64,000 nt of DNA from Candidatus Latescibacterota bacterium. GTDB taxonomy: Bacteria > Latescibacterota > UBA2968 > UBA8231. The translations under genes were made by a program, and so were the position numbers. The stretch covers positions 768,001 to 832,000 of the forward strand of contig CBDAOB010000004.1 of assembly GCA_965197905.1 (NCBI GenBank), given 5' to 3'. Below, piece by piece: positions 59,207 to 64,000 of this stretch (within the stretch, counting starts at the first letter, position 1; each line of letters starts with the position of its first letter). The notes beneath the pieces are model-generated. The model made no database searches. It saw nothing but the letters and a program-made list of their open reading frames with translations, and was not told the origin of the DNA.

Positions 59207-60706
59207 TCAGATGCCCATGGCGAACAATTGGGCTTTTGCCAGCTGAAAGCGCATCGAGACCTCGCGATCCTTCAGCTCTGAAAGGTCGCCGCTGCCCTTC
59301 CAGGTCACCTGGCGGCAGAGCTCGTCGCCGCTGAGAACGTCGCACTCGTCAGCGCTATGACCCGGCAACTCAGGCATCGGCTGCGGGGGCGTTTGCGGTT
59401 TCTCGACCAGTGCCACCCGGATCCATCCTCCGGGCTCCGTTCGGTAGTTTATGAACAACCCTTTACCGCTGCAGACCCGCTCGACGGTGGTAAACCGACC
59501 TTCGTCGCACGCTTCGAGCGCCACCAGGCGGTTCGGTTTCCACAACGCCCAGAGGTATTCGCCGTCGGGGTCGTGTCTCGGGTAGCCGCCCCAGTCGTGC
59601 AGTCGGTGGACGCCAAGGCAACCGAGGGCCCAGTCATCGCCAAGGGGAACCAGCTCCGGGCTGGCAGAGATGCTGGCGTAGGCGCCCTCCGCCGCGTCGC
59701 GGGTGATGATGGGCCGCCGCTCGGGCCGGATCCAGTTCCAGCCGTCGCGGCTACTGGCGAACTGCACGTCGAGGGTGGCCGGAAGACGGTGAAACATCTT
59801 TGGGAACATCAGCCGCCGACCGCTGCCCGGAGCGCGGCAGTAGCACGAGTTGTACACATCCTGGCTCGGTGGATCGTCGGCATCGGCCATGAGCACCATT
59901 CTCGCTTCCCCCCAGCCACCGAATTTCGGACCTCCGGTGCGACGCACGCAGCGCCGGCGCTCCACGTGGCCGCGCAGGTAGGCCACATACTCGCCGGTGT
60001 CGGTATCGAAGGCAGCGATGTTCTGGGTGTCGAGCATTGTCTTGCCGGCATCGAACAACGGCTCGTCGAGAACGGTCCAGTGGAGGCCATCGGCAGAGAT
60101 CGCGCCCCGCAGGCTCAAGCGGACCTCGGCGGCGGCGGCGATCTCGGCCGGGGAGTGTCCGTCCAGGAGCATCGTATCTCGAAGCTCACGGATCTCGGCC
60201 CGGTTCTGCTGGCTGGCAGGAATCTGAATGCCGTTGCGAAAAAGGCGGGGACTGGCATCCACCGCTTTGTAGTGCGCGTCCGGCGGCGCCTGCGGATCGA
60301 TGAAGACCGACTGGAAACCGAAATCGTCTTCGCGACAGATGATGTTGTTGGCGGTGGAACCACTAAACTCGAACAACCCCAGGTCGGGACGGACCCAGTG
60401 GTAGCCATCTTCACTCTCAGCATAGCAGGAGAAATGCTCGTCGCGATCATCGGAAGCACGCCCGGCGTACCACATGCGATAACGGTCGCCATCGGCCAGT
60501 ATGGTCAGCTTGTTCAGGGTATGCTGCTCCCACGGTTGCTCGCGCCGGAAGAAGACGGCTGACTTGCGCGCTTCCTGTACCCTCAGGCGCACACCCACAG
60601 GTGGATCCTCGAAGAAGCTGTAACCGTCTTCGTCGCGACCCGATTGCCCCGGCCAGATGCCGTACCAGTCCAGAAACGGCTCCATGGTTGGTGTTGTCGT
60701 CGCCAC
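59207..60706 (-). CDS. Uncharacterised GH32/43-like beta-propeller protein
   Basis: PVGVRL, YAESEDG-HW-RPDLG, DTQN, SRDG-W-RP, C-terminal VTWKGS-DLS. Confidence 0.7.
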   Translation of the reverse strand: MATTTPTMEPFLDWYGIWPGQSGRDEDGYSFFEDPPVGVRLRVQEARKSAVFFRREQPWEQHTLNKLTILADGDRYRMWYAGRASDDRDEHFSCYAESEDGYHWVRPDLGLFEFSGSTANNIICREDDFGFQSVFIDPQAPPDAHYKAVDASPRLFRNGIQIPASQQNRAEIRELRDTMLLDGHSPAEIAAAAEVRLSLRGAISADGLHWTVLDEPLFDAGKTMLDTQNIAAFDTDTGEYVAYLRGHVERRRCVRRTGGPKFGGWGEARMVLMADADDPPSQDVYNSCYCRAPGSGRRLMFPKMFHRLPATLDVQFASSRDGWNWIRPERRPIITRDAAEGAYASISASPELVPLGDDWALGCLGVHRLHDWGGYPRHDPDGEYLWALWKPNRLVALEACDEGRFTTVERVCSGKGLFINYRTEPGGWIRVALVEKPQTPPQPMPELPGHSADECDVLSGDELCRQVTWKGSGDLSELKDREVSMRFQLAKAQLFAMGI

Positions 60707-61318
60707 TCAATCCGCTCCCTCGGCTACCTCTCTCACGTTTGCCGGGTTGGCAGGGTCGACATCGAAGAACCGCCACCAGACTCGCTCGTCCCCTGTAGCA
60801 CGCCATTGGCGGAACTGGGCGCCCGCCAACTGCTCCCGTTTGTGGTCATCGCTCAGCCACATCCAGACCCGATCATGAACGCCACGGCGCACACCGGCCA
60901 TGCCGCAAACAGCGCTTCGACCTGTGGCCGATCTGCCGCGAGCGATTTCATGGTCGCCTCGAAGCTGTTCTGCACGCGCGCTGAGTGGACCGGATCGTCG
61001 CCCCGCACTCGTCTCAGCGCCGCGGCGATTACCGCCTCGGGTGGGTCGCTTGATCGTTTGCCCTCCTCCTCCCCCGCCGGAGTAAAGCTTCAGAGCGTGC
61101 ACCTCGGCGAGCTCCTTTACGATGAAGGCGGCGCTGCAAGCAGAGAACTTGCCGAGGTAGTCCAGTAGTCTGGCGCGCTCGGCCGGCTCCAGATTGGCCA
61201 GCACGAGGTCGGCACTGCGCTGGAGAACCTCACGCCATTCAGGGTCGACCGTGGCCCGATCCAGGTACTCGGCCCGAGCTGCTGCGTAGTTGGTATCGTT
61301 CTCCATCTCGGCGTTCAT
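60707..61318 (-). CDS. Hypothetical protein (possible compensating internal frameshifts)
   Basis: Plausible helical N- and C-termini; C-terminus conserved in remnant at 45965..46060. Confidence 0.55.
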   Translation of the reverse strand: MNAEMENDTNYAAARAEYLDRATVDPEWREVLQRSADLVLANLEPAERARLLDYLGKFSACSAAFIVKELAEVHALKLYSGGGGGGQTIKRPTRGGNRRGAETSAGRRSGPLSARAEQLRGDHEIARGRSATGRSAVCGMAGVRRGVHDRVWMWLSDDHKREQLAGAQFRQWRATGDERVWWRFFDVDPANPANVREVAEGAD

Positions 61319-61402
61319 TCGACCAGTAGGAGTAATGGCGCAGGGAAGATATGAAGCGGTAGGAACTGAGGCGAATACAGATAGGACGGAGTGTTCGGGC
61401 TG

Positions 61403-61775
61403 CGCTCAGCCGAACGAAGGCGCGACCCAGTCGTGTCCTACGCCGCTTTGGAAATCGCGGTATTCGCTGAGGATGTCGTCGCGGCTGATAAACTGCTTGT
61501 ACAGCAGCCGACCGTTCACGATCCTTCTGAGTTTGCGGCAGGATCGTCGGTGTACAGAAAGAACCCCCACGCCGGGTTGCGGTCGGAGCGATTCTCCACA
61601 AATCCTCCTCCGCCCATTCCGTGACATACCACTACGCCCTGCGGGCGTTCGAACATGATAGCGAAGGCCATGTCGCCGCGACGACCGAGAAACATCGGGA
61701 CGGTGTAGCGAATCGGCGCCCGCGACGTGTAGAGGCCGTGGTCATGTTGGCCGAACTCCAGGTCGTAGGGATCCT
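61403..61775 (-). pseudogene. 3' half of a duplicate of the 46064..46960 gene
   Basis: Near-identical to 46061..46434 with substitutions and a 1-bp deletion (GTTCCACG to GTTCACG); truncated at 61775. Confidence 0.88.
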
Positions 61776-61787
61776 AAAAAAAAGACC

Positions 61788-61816
61788 TTGACAGAGGTGG
61801 AGTGGTCTTGTATACT
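61788..61816 (+). promoter_or_regulatory. Sigma70 promoter of TetR gene
   Basis: TTGACA-N17-TATACT. Confidence 0.85.
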
Positions 61817-61846
61817 TAACGATGTTAATAAACTTAACTATGTAAA
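61816..61846. promoter_or_regulatory. Tandem putative TetR operators
   Basis: TTAAC-GAT-GTTAA (61816-61828) and TTAAC-TAT-GTAAA (61834-61846) over the predicted transcription start. Confidence 0.7.
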
Positions 61847-61858
61847 TTACCCGAATAA

Positions 61859-62464
61859 ATGAGTATTCAAGCACGGAAAGAAAAGGAAAAAGAGGCATTG
61901 CGGCAGAAAATTCTCGCTGCCGCCCGCGAGCTGTTCGTCAATGAAGGCTACGAGAACGTCTCCATGCGAAAAGTCGCCCGCAAGATCGAGTACTCACCGA
62001 CGACGATCTATCTCTATTTCAAAAACAAGGCAGAGCTTCTGGATTCCATTTGCGACGAAACGCACGCAAACTTGCTGAACACGCTTGAAACGCTCTTTCA
62101 AGATCGGAGCGATCCTGTCGAAACCTTGCGAAAATGTGCACGAGCCTATACCGAGTTTGGCCTGAAACATCCGGAGGATTACAAACTGACGATCATCCTC
62201 CGTCCCCAGTACCAAAAGGGCTTAGGCCTGGCAGAAGGCTCCCACGCCACAAAGATGTTCAACTTCCTGCATGCGGTGGTCAGAGAATGTGTTCAACGGA
62301 AGAAATTTCGCCACGTAGATATCGTAACCACCAGTCAGGCGGTGTGGTCGGCGGTTCACGGCGTCACATCGCTGCTCATTGCTTATCCAGATTTTCCCTG
62401 GGTGGATAGAGATAAGTTGATCACCCAGGTGATTGACACCACGATCGAAGGCTTGAAGGCATAG
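61859..62464 (+). CDS. TetR/AcrR family regulator (WHG-type C-terminal domain)
   Basis: ILAAARELF-GY-SMRKVA-IEYSPTTIYLYFKNK; WSAVHGVTSL. Confidence 0.93.
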   Translation: MSIQARKEKEKEALRQKILAAARELFVNEGYENVSMRKVARKIEYSPTTIYLYFKNKAELLDSICDETHANLLNTLETLFQDRSDPVETLRKCARAYTEFGLKHPEDYKLTIILRPQYQKGLGLAEGSHATKMFNFLHAVVRECVQRKKFRHVDIVTTSQAVWSAVHGVTSLLIAYPDFPWVDRDKLITQVIDTTIEGLKA

Positions 62465-62495
62465 GTTACAATCAAAAAATAGAAACGAGATAGCA

Positions 62496-63681
62496 ATGAC
62501 GATTACAGCACAAGAATACCAGAGTCGAATGGAGTGCTTGCAGCATAAAGTTGCTGAACACGGCCTCAACGCCTTCCTGGTCTCAAGCGAAGAGAGTATC
62601 TACTACCTAACAGGGGTTTCCTATCGTCCTTTTGAAAGGCCCTTCTTCATCGTTGTCCGGCCGGAAGCAGATGTAAAACTTCTGGTGCCCACGCTTGAAA
62701 AGGACCATCTCCAAGAGGCACCTAATGTGAGCGAGGTAGAATCATACTGGGATTACCCGTCACCACCTGAGCAGGGTTGGACAGAGCGACTCCTTGATAT
62801 GATGAGCGGCGACTCAAATCTGGGCGTTGAACCGAGCTTACCCCAAGAAATATCTGGATGTCTTACAGACCATTGTCCCCAGATTCTGGCACTGGTGGAG
62901 GAATTGCGGCTTACTAAGTCGCCAGCAGAGGTTGAGATGGTGCGCCAGGCAGCACGTTATGCCGATCTGGGCATGGAAAAGGTGATCAGTGCATCGTATT
63001 ACGGGGTCTCTGAGCTGGAACTGTTTGCACAGAGTCGAGCTGTGCAGATGCAGATTTTGAAAGAAACCAACTATGACGTCCTCACAACCAGTGTTCTTGT
63101 TGGCGCCTGGCCAGCCCCCTTGAGTGCGCAACCCCACGGAGTACCATCGCTAGATGACCGTCTCAAAGAAGGTCCTCATATTGCCCTGGCTTTGTTACGC
63201 GTCAATGGCTATGCCGCCGAGTGTGAACGTACCTACTTTCTCTCTCAGCCAGACGCAGAAGTGAAAGAAGCCTTTAACGTTGTGCAAGAGGCCCGAAGTC
63301 GAGCGTTTGCTCTGGTACGACCCGGTGTCAGATGTGCTGAAGTTGATGCTGCTGCCAATGGATTTCTTCGGGAAAGGGGATATGGCGATTATCTATTGCA
63401 TCGAACCGGTCACGGCTTCGGGTTGGGAAATCACGAGGGACCCTGGGTGGCCGAAGGGAGTGAAGCAGTTCTCGAAGAAAACATGCTCATCAGCGTTGAG
63501 CCCGGCATCTATCTGCCCGGAACTGGTGGCCTGCGGCTCTGACACCGTTCTGGTGACTGGGAATGGTTACGAACTCCTGACACAATATCCGACTGATCTA
63601 GAGACGCTAACCATTCAGTCCTACAAACCACTCGGCCGTCTTAGTGGCGTAGTGAAACGCCGGGCAGTGGGTATGACGTAG
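62496..63681 (+). CDS. M24 family Xaa-Pro peptidase/creatinase-like protein; frameshift near 63537
   Basis: Creatinase_N-like start, HRTGHGFGLGNHEGP, VEPGIY, then SDTVLVT in a shifted frame. Confidence 0.85.
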
Positions 63682-63723
63682 GGCTAGAGACTACCTTGAG
63701 GCTATTTTTTTTGGCCCGAATGG

Positions 63724-63736
63724 TTAACACTGTTAA
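63724..63736. promoter_or_regulatory. Third copy of putative TetR operator
   Basis: TTAAC-ACT-GTTAA upstream of next gene. Confidence 0.65.
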
Positions 63737-63858
63737 GTTGCACGGACGTGGGATCGAATTTGCGAAGTTTGTCGGTACGATTCGTAACATCCACGATGAG
63801 CAGGTGATCGTAGTTTTCCCGCTCATGGGAAACAAGCAAACATTCGGAGAGTAGACCT

Positions 63859-64000
63859 ATGAAACGCGTGTTGTTTGTCATCCTATCAGGTCTGGTGCTG
63901 CTGGGTGCCGTACTCCTGATCAGAACGCTGCGCTTCACAACCAGACAGTTTCAGGCTAATGCGCCGATTCAGGCCGCCCTCAATCGAGACCAGATTGCCG
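63859..64000 (+). CDS. N-terminus of membrane-anchored protein, probably M20 family peptidase; runs off window
   Basis: GGAGA RBS; MKRVLFVILSGLVLLGAVLLIRTLRFTTRQ resembles PM20D1/CPS-like N-termini. Confidence 0.5.
   Translation, partial: MKRVLFVILSGLVLLGAVLLIRTLRFTTRQFQANAPIQAALNRDQIA

Overview
GC-rich 64-kb bacterial window. The gene style resembles Ca. Latescibacterota/Handelsmanbacteria-like FCB bacteria (inference only). I saw no rRNA, tRNA or CRISPR array. Most genes are carbohydrate, sulfate-ester or small-molecule catabolic: PhyH-type dioxygenases, Gfo/Idh/MocA, SDR, amidohydrolase, two sulfatases, two BNR/sialidase-like proteins, GH116, a DUF4838 protein, two paralogous TIM-barrel isomerases, and an expanded family of uncharacterised GH32/43-like beta-propeller proteins. 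The best candidate for an undescribed system is at 19.2-32.6 kb. It has a beta-propeller hybrid histidine kinase with a NIPSNAP-like extra domain, a sigma54 activator, a 969-aa putative outer-membrane protein with Ca2+-binding-type Asp repeats, a secreted M6 metalloprotease, a secreted luciferase-domain (DUF5519-like) protein and a small barrel protein. Two sigma54 -24/-12 sites there are each preceded by the same TGTAACRGWTTC motif. The window also holds a glycine/sarcosine methyltransferase beside a collapsed BCCT transporter relic, an intact IS630, a decayed ISKra4-like element and a ~160-bp hairpin MITE. A duplicated two-gene unit has decayed reciprocally. A lower-GC TetR/peptidase segment at the right end carries visible operators. 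Several 1-2-nt frameshifts and one noisy duplication may be sequencing or assembly errors.
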